Shown: positions 9,489 to 19,340, counted from the stretch's first letter. The stretch: 64,000 nucleotides of DNA from a virus (IMGVR_UViG_3300010354_004913:27226-91225); one strand, 5' to 3'. Numbers and translations are program-made. Notes: generated by a model from the sequence alone, not told the origin.

Positions 9489-10500
9489 TACAATTTTTCA
9501 CACATGTCCACGGTTTTAATTTTTGTAGATTTATATCTAATTGATCCCATACTACTTCGTCTATTTTTATATCATTAAGATTAGGAACACCTAAGTTATG
9601 AAACTTAGACCGTGTATCTTTAACTACCAAATTTCTAAGTTTTTGTATTGGCAGTGTTTCTACAATCGGCTGTTCTATCCAATCAGATCCTACCCAACAA
9701 CAAGGAAATACATTCCCTCTACTATCTACATAAATTTCGTTTTTTTCAATACACTTAGGCTTAATAGTTGATTGTTCGACTATGTCTTCCCATATAGAAA
9801 TATCTTTACTTATTTTTTCTAGAGGCAAGAATTCTATAACAGATTCTTGAATAGCAGGTTCTAAATAATATTCTATATTTCCAGATTTATCTTCTACTGG
9901 AAATTCTTCCATGTCATAAAATCGTCTAGTATATTTAAAATTAATTTTATTAAATCCTAGGTCTAGCATCTGTTTTTTAAACTCATCAACTTCGTGTTGA
10001 TTATGCTTAAAAATTAAACAATCTATTTCTGCATTTCCACCAGCATTAATAAACGATACTGCGTTCTCGATTATTTTTTTCCAACTTGTTCCTCTTCTAT
10101 ACAAGACATGGCTTGATTCAAAGCCATCAATTCCAAAAGTACAGGTATGACTTTTTCCTAATGCCCTAGCTAGATCTTTCCACCATGTTACATCTCTAGC
10201 ACTGCCGTTTGTATGAATTCCAAGATGGCAATCGCTATTTACGGTTCTTATATACTCGTAAATTTCTAAGCAATCTTTTGCTATAATTGGATCACCATAG
10301 TTACCGCAAGCATAGAAATTTCTCAAATTTTTTAAAAACTCAATTGAAAACCATTTTTTAAAAATATCTAAAGTAACATCATACTGTCCTACAAAATTGC
10401 GCTCCTTGCCTCCATTGACATTTCGAGCACACATAGGACAACTAGCCTGACATTTGTCAGTTAGTTCTATATGTAAGTTTGTTACTTTATTTGGATACAT
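9481..10500 (-). CDS. Radical SAM/SPASM protein
   Basis: CQASCPMC, GNYGDP, HTNG, FGIDG; C-terminal C...YVDSRGNVFPCC...CVKNC. Confidence 0.88.
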   Translation of the reverse strand: MYPNKVTNLHIELTDKCQASCPMCARNVNGGKERNFVGQYDVTLDIFKKWFSIEFLKNLRNFYACGNYGDPIIAKDCLEIYEYIRTVNSDCHLGIHTNGSARDVTWWKDLARALGKSHTCTFGIDGFESSHVLYRRGTSWKKIIENAVSFINAGGNAEIDCLIFKHNQHEVDEFKKQMLDLGFNKINFKYTRRFYDMEEFPVEDKSGNIEYYLEPAIQESVIEFLPLEKISKDISIWEDIVEQSTIKPKCIEKNEIYVDSRGNVFPCCWVGSDWIEQPIVETLPIQKLRNLVVKDTRSKFHNLGVPNLNDIKIDEVVWDQLDINLQKLKPWTCVKNCNG

Positions 10501-11013
10501 TTATTTTAACATTCTTTCAATTTCTAAAACAATTTTTTTAGAAAGAGGAGTCACATCAAAATTAAAAGTAAGAACTTCTGTAGCAGATTTACTTACAAGA
10601 TACTTATGAAAGTTCCATCTAGGAACATCTCTTGTAGTTTCTCCCAATAATTTGTAGAAACTATTTACTTCATTGACAGATTCACTATTGAACACACCCG
10701 GTGCTGAACAACTATTAGGAACAACATGAGACTTTTCAAAAACAGGAAAACTAATTCCATATTCACTTTCACAGAAATCTTGAATTTTATTATTAGAATC
10801 AAATTCTTGATTGGCAAAGTCACCACTAGGAAAACCTAATACAACAAACCCTTTATCTTTATAGGTATTATATAATTCTTCTAACGCTTCGTATTGTGGT
10901 GTAAGCCCGCAATGACTGGCAGTGTTAACAACCAAAATAACTTTGTCACTGTATTTTGATAAGTGTACACGTTCATTGTTCAATAATGTAAATTCATGGT
11001 TGTAAAAATTCAT
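10501..11013 (-). CDS. Glutathione peroxidase (Cys-type, BtuE/GPx family)
   Basis: VNTASHCGLTPQY, LGFPSGDFANQE and WNFHKYLV signatures. Confidence 0.92.
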   Translation of the reverse strand: MNFYNHEFTLLNNERVHLSKYSDKVILVVNTASHCGLTPQYEALEELYNTYKDKGFVVLGFPSGDFANQEFDSNNKIQDFCESEYGISFPVFEKSHVVPNSCSAPGVFNSESVNEVNSFYKLLGETTRDVPRWNFHKYLVSKSATEVLTFNFDVTPLSKKIVLEIERMLK

Positions 11014-11032
11014 AATTGTTTCCTTAAAAACT

Positions 11033-11623
11033 TTATTTTTTTCCTATAATCATATACCTATTATATAAAGGTAACTGTAATTCTCCGCTCCACATCACAT
11101 TTATATGCGATTGCTGTGTAAATTCATCTAAGCTATTTGCTATTCTTACATGCTCTTCTATATTATAATTATTACTTTGAAGAACAATTAAACTGTGTTC
11201 TGGTACCTTACTAAGCCATACTTCATAATCTTGTTGTACTATGTGTTCACAACTAGTATTAATAACAACATCGCTAGAACACTTATAATCAATCATGTTA
11301 CTTGTTATTGCTTGAAACTTGTTTTGATTATGTTCCATTTTATTCATTTCAATTGCTATCGATTCGCAACTAGGATCGATGTCTATACTTGTTATTTTTA
11401 CAATAGGTAAGTTACTCTGAAATAATAAACTAGATAGTGTACCTACCCAGCCTCCGTGTATTTCCACAGTGCTAGGATTATTAACAAAAGGTTTTATATT
11501 GTTTATAAGCCATAACTTACTGTTAATTTGACCTTTCCAAAATGCATCTAATGTTCGAATTGGGTCTTGGCTATTTCTAATAGCACACATCCAATGATGT
11601 AAATGATCTAGATCTATATTCAT
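11033..11623 (-). CDS. Class I SAM-dependent methyltransferase
   Basis: Motif I-like IHGGWVG, acidic IDIDP, DVVINTSCEH. Confidence 0.7.
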   Translation of the reverse strand: MNIDLDHLHHWMCAIRNSQDPIRTLDAFWKGQINSKLWLINNIKPFVNNPSTVEIHGGWVGTLSSLLFQSNLPIVKITSIDIDPSCESIAIEMNKMEHNQNKFQAITSNMIDYKCSSDVVINTSCEHIVQQDYEVWLSKVPEHSLIVLQSNNYNIEEHVRIANSLDEFTQQSHINVMWSGELQLPLYNRYMIIGKK

Positions 11624-12375
11624 AAATTTAATTTTTCTGCTATTCTTTCTGCAGTTAGTTTTAATGTTTTACAACCATAATGGCTGTCATCTCTAGCTCT
11701 GTCAACTGTCTTTAGTCTATCACACCCTAACAATTTAGCAGTATCACTAAAAAAACTTGCTTCATAGTATCTAGTGTTTTCCCATAACTGTTTACTAGAT
11801 AAGCTGGCAAATAACGCATGGGTCATTCCATGATGTTCACTTTTTGACCAAAGGTCCATGTAATTATTTTCTTCCATGTTCCATGATCCATAACTTTTTA
11901 GAGAATTTCTATAGTAATAAACTGTTCTAGAATAATCTGTCCATAAATGAACTACTGCAAGGGGCATAGGATAGTTAGCTTTTAAAATAATTGAATTATG
12001 AAAAGAGTATGTTATAGATGATCCACCTACCCCCATGTTGATAACTGGTCTATTAGTTATACTTTCTAAGTAGGTGCTTATGGTCTCACTGTCGTCAACT
12101 CCAACCCCAAACACATTTGAACATCCGAATATAACTATAGATTTATTCCAATCAATTTCGTTAAAATTTCTTGTTCGATAACAGTCTTTATTGTAGGTGT
12201 ATCTAACAGGTGCGCTTCTATACTTCCAGTTTTCGGGCTTTGTTTTAAGATTTTTTTGAAATAATTCTTCTGTATCTGTTCCTGAAAATAAAGAATTGAC
12301 TTCAGAATCAACAGGTAAAAATTTTCCCTGTTTAATTAATTTAGGTATAGTTTTAAATATTAAAAAGTTTTGCAT
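11620..12375 (-). CDS. SGNH/GDSL-like hydrolase or acyltransferase
   Basis: FGCS block I, NMGVGGSS block II, C-terminal DDSH (DxxH). Confidence 0.55.
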   Translation of the reverse strand: MQNFLIFKTIPKLIKQGKFLPVDSEVNSLFSGTDTEELFQKNLKTKPENWKYRSAPVRYTYNKDCYRTRNFNEIDWNKSIVIFGCSNVFGVGVDDSETISTYLESITNRPVINMGVGGSSITYSFHNSIILKANYPMPLAVVHLWTDYSRTVYYYRNSLKSYGSWNMEENNYMDLWSKSEHHGMTHALFASLSSKQLWENTRYYEASFFSDTAKLLGCDRLKTVDRARDDSHYGCKTLKLTAERIAEKLNL

Positions 12376-13340
12376 TTTGGTATTTTACTATCAGCACTGC
12401 TAACACAGCTAGGAGTTATACAACTTACAGGACCACTGAATAAATTAAAATTTTCTAGATTTCCTAAGGGTGCGTCGTGGCAACTGTAACTACGTTTTAC
12501 TTCGTCTCCGCGAATAATCACACTTTGATAACCACTGTTACACATCCAACCTTTAAATTTGTTAAATCCAAACGCATTAAATCTTTCTGCTTGATCAAAA
12601 AGATACTCTCTACCTTGCTTATCATACATAGCGATTTGATAAATTTCTTCCCCATTAGCTTCTTGCGGAAATCCTGTTCGCATAATTTCGATCATTTCAT
12701 CCGTATAACCATCAACTACATAACTAGCAGTAGGATCGCTTTGAGGTTTTAATGTTACATTAATACCGTGTCTATTCAATCGTTGGCATCTTTCATAATA
12801 TTCCCAAAATCTTTCCGGAACCATTACTTGATTTACTGTAACATACACACTATTATACTGAAGTCTATGAATTTTTTCTATAAAATCTTTTTCTTTAGCA
12901 TGTTCTGCATGAAAACTAGCTGTGATACTTTTACGAGCAAACATGGCTACCGCGGTTGCCCAACTACGCCACCATGTTTCGCCAGGGCTAAGATTAGTAG
13001 TCATGTGTACACTTTGATAAGGAGTTTCAATGCCATCATCCAAGTGCCTCATTAAATCTAGTAATCCTCGATAGGCTGTAGGTTCGCCCCCACTAAAACT
13101 CCAATGAAATTGATTAAATCCATTGGCTCTGGCCTGCGTTTTGATCCTATCAACTACAGTTTTATACACTTCGATTGTTCTATGATCGGGGGTATCAGAT
13201 CTAGCATAGGGCCAACAATAACTACACTTGTAATTACAAAAACGCCCGAGTATCCAACTAATGGAAAACAACGGGCGGTCTAACATTGTACGTTGTCCAA
13301 ACCGAACAACCTTTTCAAAGGGTATTTCTGTAAATTTCAT
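12360..13340 (-). CDS. Radical SAM protein with C-terminal Twitch domain
   Basis: CNYKCSYC, FSGGEP, TTN; CNSG...SC...CITPSC. Confidence 0.9.
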   Translation of the reverse strand: MKFTEIPFEKVVRFGQRTMLDRPLFSISWILGRFCNYKCSYCWPYARSDTPDHRTIEVYKTVVDRIKTQARANGFNQFHWSFSGGEPTAYRGLLDLMRHLDDGIETPYQSVHMTTNLSPGETWWRSWATAVAMFARKSITASFHAEHAKEKDFIEKIHRLQYNSVYVTVNQVMVPERFWEYYERCQRLNRHGINVTLKPQSDPTASYVVDGYTDEMIEIMRTGFPQEANGEEIYQIAMYDKQGREYLFDQAERFNAFGFNKFKGWMCNSGYQSVIIRGDEVKRSYSCHDAPLGNLENFNLFSGPVSCITPSCVSSADSKIPKCKTF

Positions 13341-13345
13341 CTCTG

Positions 13346-13351
13346 TATTTA
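13346..13351 (-). promoter_or_regulatory. Late-type promoter TAAATA, leaderless to ATG 13340
   Basis: TTAAATA-CAGAG-ATG on the minus strand; heads the 13340-7090 operon. Confidence 0.55.
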
Positions 13352-13363
13352 ATCCAATGTCTA

Positions 13364-13392
13364 TTGACAGATCAAAAAAGTAAATATATAAT
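13364..13392 (+). promoter_or_regulatory. Consensus sigma70 promoter, leaderless to ATG 13399
   Basis: TTGACA-N17-TATAAT-N6-ATG. Confidence 0.85.
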
Positions 13393-13398
13393 TACAAC

Positions 13399-13986
13399 AT
13401 GAACATTTCAAAAAGCCCAGATCGCAACACTTTTCAAAAAGAAAAGTATCTTGAACGTCAAGCCGAAAAAGGTAAGACGCCTGATAATGACGAAGATACT
13501 CGTGCTATGGTCGAGTATTACGAGTCTTGGGATAAGAAAGAAGATCAACAAGAAGCAGACCCAGCATGGCGTAAAGATAACTTAGAATGGGATTTACGCA
13601 CCACAGATTGGATTTTGACCAAAGTTCGAAATAGCGAAAGCTATGCTCAAAATCTCTATGCCGCAATGTGTAATAATGATTTCATTAAACGAGAAATGTG
13701 GCCAGTGCTTAAAGAACAGAAATGGTCATGCTCTTGGCGTTATGCCGGAGGCATTGTTGCCCATATGCGACAAGAAGGTGACTACATAGACTGGTATTGT
13801 AGCGGTATTCGTGATATTGGTGTATATGCACCTGCCAAAGAAAACGAAGAATTTACCGAAGAACAAAAGGCAAGACTGGCTATTGTAGATAAATTTGTTA
13901 GTGAAAGTGTAGTTACGGATGAGATTGAAAAAGATTTATATGATCTTGGTTGGCTCGTTGTTAAATACAATGACAACCAGGATTAA
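13399..13986 (+). CDS. Hypothetical phage protein
   Basis: 195-aa ORF; YAQNLYAAMCNN...WSCSWR..GG...GDYIDWYCSG. Confidence 0.7.
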   Translation: MNISKSPDRNTFQKEKYLERQAEKGKTPDNDEDTRAMVEYYESWDKKEDQQEADPAWRKDNLEWDLRTTDWILTKVRNSESYAQNLYAAMCNNDFIKREMWPVLKEQKWSCSWRYAGGIVAHMRQEGDYIDWYCSGIRDIGVYAPAKENEEFTEEQKARLAIVDKFVSESVVTDEIEKDLYDLGWLVVKYNDNQD

Positions 13987-13988
13987 TT

Positions 13989-14795
13989 ATGGATCTTAAA
14001 AAGTTTAGCCATCAAATTTACAAATATAGAATACTGTATTTTTTAGGAGCAGCTTCAGTTATTGTTTCTATTTACTATGCGGTTGTGTACGGAGCATGGC
14101 TTTTGCTACTAGCATCATATCTATGGAGCCGTTGGGTCGGTTTTTTAGGTAACCAAATAGCATTACACAGATATTTTGCACATAAAAGTTTTACTACAAC
14201 TCCAATAAAACATCAATTTTTGTTATGGTTTTCTATTTTAGGTGGAGAAGGAAGTCCGATCACATGGGCAAGCCATCATAGGCATCATCACAAGTATACA
14301 GAAACAGAACGTGATATACACAGTCCTTATGAAAGTATTTTACTATCAACTGTAGGATGGCAAATAAAACCTGCGAAATGGTGGTTGTCTGAAAGACAAG
14401 TTAGAACTATACCAAAAGATCTACTAAGAGATGAATCAATTAAATTTGTAGACAAACACTATTATAATATTTGGGCTTTATTAATTTTAGGAAGTTTTTT
14501 AATAGATTGGAAATTATGTGTGTTTTTTGTACTTGCTCCAGTAGGACATGGTATTGTTAGTGGCGCAATTCTAAATTGGTTTGGTCATTGGAAGCTACCT
14601 AAGAGTTATAGAAGCTTTGAAACTCCCGACAAAACTTACAATAATCAACTTGTTGCTTTATATTTAGGTGGAGAAGGACTACATAATAATCATCATTACG
14701 ATACATCAAAATATGATCAAGCATTTAATCCAGGAGAAATTGACCTGGGAGGAAAATTAGTTAGAAAGTTTTTTGCTACGAACGCGGAGAAATAA
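13989..14795 (+). CDS. Membrane fatty acid desaturase (delta-9/acyl-CoA type)
   Basis: His boxes HRYFAH, HHRHHH, HNNHH; hydrophobic segments. Confidence 0.92.
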   Translation: MDLKKFSHQIYKYRILYFLGAASVIVSIYYAVVYGAWLLLLASYLWSRWVGFLGNQIALHRYFAHKSFTTTPIKHQFLLWFSILGGEGSPITWASHHRHHHKYTETERDIHSPYESILLSTVGWQIKPAKWWLSERQVRTIPKDLLRDESIKFVDKHYYNIWALLILGSFLIDWKLCVFFVLAPVGHGIVSGAILNWFGHWKLPKSYRSFETPDKTYNNQLVALYLGGEGLHNNHHYDTSKYDQAFNPGEIDLGGKLVRKFFATNAEK

Positions 14796-14796
14796 A

Positions 14797-14979
14797 ATGG
14801 AACGTCCAGAAAAAATGGTTTTTAACGCAGAAGAAATTTTTGAAGACATTCCGGGAGATCCGGATAATGTTATTCTAAAATTTCCTCCCCAGCTTCTTGA
14901 ACAAGTTGGTTGGAAAGAAGGCGACACACTAAATATTACACTCGAAGAAGGGGCACTGGTTATTACTAAACATGGCTAA
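14797..14979 (+). CDS. AbrB/MazE-like small DNA-binding protein
   Basis: 'LKFPPQLLEQVGWKEGDTLNI...GALVI' swapped-hairpin pattern. Confidence 0.65.
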   Translation: MERPEKMVFNAEEIFEDIPGDPDNVILKFPPQLLEQVGWKEGDTLNITLEEGALVITKHG

Positions 14980-15193
14980 AAATTCAGAATTATTAGAACT
15001 TACAGGAAGAGTATCTGAAGTATTACCTAACTCTACATTTAGAGTCAAGGTAGATAATATGGAACAAGTTGTACTTTGTTATATGGGCGGCAGACTCAAA
15101 CAAAATAAGATTAAAGTGATTCTCGGGGATCCAGTAAAAATTGAAATAAGCCCGTACGATCTTACCAAAGGTAGGATAACTTATAGGATGTAA
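14972..15193 (+). CDS. infA: Translation initiation factor IF-1
   Basis: G.V.E.LPN..FRV...GRLKQNKIKVILGD.V.IEISPYDLTKGRITYR. Confidence 0.95.
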   Translation: MAKNSELLELTGRVSEVLPNSTFRVKVDNMEQVVLCYMGGRLKQNKIKVILGDPVKIEISPYDLTKGRITYRM

Positions 15194-15195
15194 CA

Positions 15196-15858
15196 ATGAA
15201 TTCGGTCTTAGAACGTGTAAACTTAGTCTGTAACAACGTTCTAAAGACCAATGGTCAAGCGATTACATTTCGAAAACTTATTAATTCAATTAGAAAAGAA
15301 TTCAAACGAGTTTCCTTAGATTTAAAAATAAAAACTAAGAAAGACAAAGATTTAGAAAATAACGCATTCTACGTCAATGCCTTTTATGATCCCGAAGATG
15401 ATCGTAATTTAGAAACTTCAATAGAAGTATTAATACATCATTCGTTTGATGATAAAGATTTATTTCACAAACAACAAATATCAGAATTTCTAATTCAAAT
15501 TTTTGATGCTGTAGTACATGAATTACGACATCAACAGCAAAGCAGAAAACGTAATTATAAAACCTACAGTGATCACGCCCACGAACCATTTTCAAGATAC
15601 TTAGCAGATCCAGATGAATTAGATGCTTATAGTTTAAGTATAGCAATTGAATTATTACGTGCCATGCCTGTGGATAGAGCCAAAAGGTATATGACTAAAA
15701 TGACTCTACTGAGTAAAATGAAACACAACGGCAACCTTATTAGTCCAAATTTAAAAGCCTATGTTGACTATTTTGGCAACAATACTCTGTTAAAACGGTT
15801 AGCCAAAAAGGTCAACAAGCACTTAAATTCACTTGACAGCAGCCAAATTTTCCGCTAA
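15196..15858 (+). CDS. HExxH zinc-metallopeptidase-like protein
   Basis: HELRH plus downstream YLADPDELDAY; paralog of 20718-21446. Confidence 0.5.
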   Translation: MNSVLERVNLVCNNVLKTNGQAITFRKLINSIRKEFKRVSLDLKIKTKKDKDLENNAFYVNAFYDPEDDRNLETSIEVLIHHSFDDKDLFHKQQISEFLIQIFDAVVHELRHQQQSRKRNYKTYSDHAHEPFSRYLADPDELDAYSLSIAIELLRAMPVDRAKRYMTKMTLLSKMKHNGNLISPNLKAYVDYFGNNTLLKRLAKKVNKHLNSLDSSQIFR

Positions 15859-15861
15859 AAT
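15833..15861 (+). promoter_or_regulatory. sigma70 promoter
   Basis: TTGACA-N17-TAAAAT. Confidence 0.75.
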
Positions 15862-15894
15862 ATGCTTATTGTAAACACTAACGGAGCGGATACC

Positions 15895-16593
15895 GTGGCT
15901 AAAGAGTTTAATACCCAAGAAGTTTTGGAACTGGCTTGTGCGGCTCAACGCTATAATGGAGATTATCTCAAAGAAATGTCCGCTGTCTACGAGGACAATG
16001 GCAGTATCCAGTATTGGAAGCAGCCTAATAAGACACACATATTATACAGTCTCGGTGCTATTAATTGGGGGTCGGAACAAGACCCCCGTATGATGCCGGT
16101 TAAACTTGAGATCACTGACGAAGATCGAGAACAGGCTGCTGATATTCGCAAGTATTACAAACGGTTAATGTTTGCTGCTGTTAAAGGCGACAACGACTTT
16201 CTTACAGAAGTAAATGCTATCCTTAGCTCTGACGATGTAGCAATGAATAAAATTGGCTACGTGGCATGTCTGCCTAGTGTTCAGAAGCGAGATGTAGCTA
16301 GAAACAGTATTGAAAAGCGTGTTCGAAGTGTAGACGTAGGGCATGTTGCCAATATTGGCAGTAATATTTTCGATAAGGACTGTGAGATTTTAGAGTCAAA
16401 ACACTCAAATAATTTTAATGCCTATAATATAACTGCTATAATTGATAATAAAATGGTGTCTTGGTTTAGTAAGGTAGACCTTAAGCTCGGTGCTTGTGTA
16501 GTTGTTAAGGCTAAGATTAAAGATCATTCCAAGCATTGGAAATTTAAAGACACTGACGTTACTCGTCTTAACTATGTGAAAGCGGTACAATAA
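15895..16593 (+). CDS. Hypothetical protein, possible C-terminal OB fold
   Basis: GTG start with GGAG RBS; C-terminal 'VKAKIKDH...TRLNYVK'. Confidence 0.6.
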   Translation: MAKEFNTQEVLELACAAQRYNGDYLKEMSAVYEDNGSIQYWKQPNKTHILYSLGAINWGSEQDPRMMPVKLEITDEDREQAADIRKYYKRLMFAAVKGDNDFLTEVNAILSSDDVAMNKIGYVACLPSVQKRDVARNSIEKRVRSVDVGHVANIGSNIFDKDCEILESKHSNNFNAYNITAIIDNKMVSWFSKVDLKLGACVVVKAKIKDHSKHWKFKDTDVTRLNYVKAVQ

Positions 16594-17030
16594 TGTATAA
16601 TGAAGAAGAATACGATCAATTTGCTCAAAAAATGGAACAATCATATCCTAAACTGTTCCGGGAGCCATATGGAGGATTTGCTGTAGGCCCAGGTTGGTGG
16701 CCTATTATTGAATCACTGTGTCGTCAAATTCATAATCATGTGGAATGGAAACAGAACCAATTGGAAAAATACCGACGTGGCGAAGGCTGTCCAGATGTGA
16801 TTGTTAGACAAATTAAAGAAAAGTTTGGCGGACTACGTTTCTACTACGACGGTGGAGACGATGTTGTTGATGGTATGGTACGTATGGCAGAGTCATGGGC
16901 ATCACATTCTTGTGAAGAATGTGGTAATCCTGGGCGTAGTCGAGACGGCGGGTGGATTAAAACCTTATGCGATGAACACGAAGCAGAACGTCAAGCAAGA
17001 TATAAAGAAAGATTTCCAGATGAAGATTAA
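16593..17030 (+). CDS. Conserved phage hypothetical with Cys/His motif
   Basis: QIKEKFGGLRFY; CEECG...TLCDEH. Confidence 0.7.
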   Translation: MYNEEEYDQFAQKMEQSYPKLFREPYGGFAVGPGWWPIIESLCRQIHNHVEWKQNQLEKYRRGEGCPDVIVRQIKEKFGGLRFYYDGGDDVVDGMVRMAESWASHSCEECGNPGRSRDGGWIKTLCDEHEAERQARYKERFPDED

Positions 17031-17865
17031 AGTTGTTTCAGACCTGCACCTAGAATTTAGTGACATCAACATCAAGAATGATGAAGGTTGCGATGTACTA
17101 ATTCTCAGTGGCGACATTATGGTCGCTCAGGATCTACACGATCATCCAGAAATGGATTACAGTATGTACAGCAATATAAACCTTGCTGACCTCGGACGTA
17201 GACAACAGACAGCTATGCGTTTCCGTAACTTCTTGAAGCGTTGCTCATTTCAGTTTCCGCATGTTATCTACATAGCAGGCAACCATGAATTTTATCATGG
17301 CAAGTTTGTGTCTAGTCTAACAGACCTGCGTAATGAGTGCGCCAAGTACCCCAATGTCTATTTCTTGGAAAGAGATACTAAAGAAATTGATGATGTTGTT
17401 TTTATCGGTGGCACTTTGTGGACTGACTGTAACAAGGGCGATCCCTTAACTCTACATGCCTTAACTGACTTAATGAACGATTTCCGTATTATTCGGCATG
17501 ATGGGCACGGCTATACTAGACTGCGCCCAGCACATATTATGGAAAGACATAGACAAACACTAGGTTACTTTAAGTCAGTACTTACCGATCTTAAAGATCG
17601 TAAGGTTGTAGTTGTCGGACATCATAGTCCTAGTCATCTCAGCGTACATCCTAGGTATGCTAGTGATCATGCTATGAACGGCGGCTATCACAGTGATCTA
17701 AGTGAGTTTATTTTGGATCATCCGCAGATTAAATTGTGGACACATGGTCATACACATCATCCTTTTGATTACATGATTGGTAGTACTCGTATAGTATGTA
17801 ATCCCAGAGGCTATGACGGATATGAAGACACAGGATGGAATCCTAACTTTATATTGGAAATTTAA
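17020..17865 (+). CDS. Calcineurin-like metallophosphoesterase
   Basis: SDLH, GD, GNHE, HH, HGHTH motifs. Confidence 0.92.
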   Translation: MKIKVVSDLHLEFSDINIKNDEGCDVLILSGDIMVAQDLHDHPEMDYSMYSNINLADLGRRQQTAMRFRNFLKRCSFQFPHVIYIAGNHEFYHGKFVSSLTDLRNECAKYPNVYFLERDTKEIDDVVFIGGTLWTDCNKGDPLTLHALTDLMNDFRIIRHDGHGYTRLRPAHIMERHRQTLGYFKSVLTDLKDRKVVVVGHHSPSHLSVHPRYASDHAMNGGYHSDLSEFILDHPQIKLWTHGHTHHPFDYMIGSTRIVCNPRGYDGYEDTGWNPNFILEI

Positions 17866-18275
17866 TGAAAATGTCATTGATGAAAAACTGGGCACCTAAA
17901 TGTGCTCATCCAGATTGTAAAACTCCTGTAGGGTATCATAAAAAGTATACCAAAAAGGATGGATCAATAGGAGCAAAATGGAAAACTTTTTGCGAACATC
18001 ATCGTACAGTAGGTAAGGAAAGTAGAGATACTTTCCTTAAATCTAAAGGAGGCTGTGAAAATCGAGATGCTCGACTAGGTTGGGTATGTCGAGACCCCGA
18101 TACTCCTAGTTTAACCATTGACCATTGGGACGGTAACAAGTATAATAATACACAAGAAAATTTAGTTGTATTATGTGCTAACTGCCATAACGAGAAAAGT
18201 AAGAAGTTTAAAGATACACTAGTTAGATATAAAAATGTTAATACTAAATTTTACGATTTTTTTGAGGAACAATAA
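17865..18275 (+). CDS. HNH endonuclease-like protein
   Basis: IDHWDGNKYNN..ENLVVLCANCH. Confidence 0.8.
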   Translation: MKMSLMKNWAPKCAHPDCKTPVGYHKKYTKKDGSIGAKWKTFCEHHRTVGKESRDTFLKSKGGCENRDARLGWVCRDPDTPSLTIDHWDGNKYNNTQENLVVLCANCHNEKSKKFKDTLVRYKNVNTKFYDFFEEQ

Positions 18276-18424
18276 TGGAACCTAACATCCCAGATATTTT
18301 ACGTAGTACAGCTCAAAATATGAATGAACTATTTCATGTATTAGCAAACCGTGTTGAACAATTGGAAAAAGAAAATGAACAACTTAAACGTGAACTTGAA
18401 GTCAGAGGGTCCAAAGTTGAGTGA
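18275..18424 (+). CDS. Small coiled-coil protein (49 aa)
   Basis: Hand translation MEPNIPDILR...RVEQLEKENEQLKRELE; GAGG RBS; TAATG coupling. Confidence 0.6.
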   Translation: MEPNIPDILRSTAQNMNELFHVLANRVEQLEKENEQLKRELEVRGSKVE

Positions 18425-18692
18425 AAAAGAGTTTAAGCTATTTAAAAAATGGCTTAAATCTCATTTAGATTTTGGTCCTGTGACTGTGACTTTTACCAAA
18501 GTTGACGGTTCTGAACGAATTATGGAATGTACAACTAATTCAGAACTTATACCTAAGGTGGAACAAGCAAGTTCAGAACCAAAAAAAGAAAAAAAGAAAA
18601 GTGACGAAGCTATCACGGTATATGATTTACAAGCCAATGGTTGGCGTAGCTTTAGGTGGGATTCAGTTAAACAAGTGAGATTTACACTATGA
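18375..18692 (+). CDS. WYL-like/SH3 beta-barrel phage protein
   Basis: VTFTKVDGSERIMECT...YDLQANGWRSFR; start uncertain. Confidence 0.7.
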   Translation: MNNLNVNLKSEGPKLSEKEFKLFKKWLKSHLDFGPVTVTFTKVDGSERIMECTTNSELIPKVEQASSEPKKEKKKSDEAITVYDLQANGWRSFRWDSVKQVRFTL

Positions 18693-18916
18693 GACGAGTA
18701 GTCGGTGACGACTGTGAGATCCTCTGCGAGGATAATGGTCGTAAAATGGTAGCAGATATTCTTTCATTTAAAGAACATCAATATCTTAATGTTAGTTTAG
18801 AAAAACAGTTAAAATTAGAAATGCGTTGGAACGGTAATATCTACGAAGGCCGCCTAGGTCGAATGAGTTTTACTTCAGAAGGTCCTGTAATTAGAAATTT
18901 TAAACAAGGTAGATAA
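18689..18916 (+). CDS. Hypothetical protein
   Basis: 75-aa coupled ORF. Confidence 0.6.
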   Translation: MRRVVGDDCEILCEDNGRKMVADILSFKEHQYLNVSLEKQLKLEMRWNGNIYEGRLGRMSFTSEGPVIRNFKQGR

Positions 18917-18917
18917 A

Positions 18918-19340
18918 ATGAAGATTGGTCTTAGCTTTAGCCGCTGTATTAGAGATATATTTGACGGTACTGTAAATTATGACGACGTATTATTAATTAT
19001 TTGTCGAACCGATTTTAATCCCAATGACGATAGTCATTGGGCAGGTATTTGGAGTGGTTATCACCACGGTGGTGCTTGGAACCATCCTGAATGGTATAGT
19101 ATTCCTGAAGAAAAAGAAGGCGAACTTAGAGCGTTAGCCTGTATGCTGTATAATGACGGAAAAATGCATCAGCCTAGACAGTTTGGCGCCCATCCCCGAC
19201 GACTTCCCTATTATTGGTTAGAAACATTTTTGCCAGATCTAGAACTAGAAAGAAATCCTGCTGCCAAAAAAGCATTTGAAAAATTTCAGATGGTTGCGGG
19301 ATTAGTATCAACAGAACCTTTACAACACAATCACCAATGA
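18918..19340 (+). CDS. Hypothetical protein
   Basis: 140-aa ORF in a tightly packed operon. Confidence 0.65.
   Translation: MKIGLSFSRCIRDIFDGTVNYDDVLLIICRTDFNPNDDSHWAGIWSGYHHGGAWNHPEWYSIPEEKEGELRALACMLYNDGKMHQPRQFGAHPRRLPYYWLETFLPDLELERNPAAKKAFEKFQMVAGLVSTEPLQHNHQ

Noticed and set aside
10501-11013. Selenocysteine glutathione peroxidase, or read-through fusion to the abutting in-frame radical SAM gene
   Set aside because: Active site is a Cys codon; the stop is TAA followed directly by ATG, consistent with translational coupling
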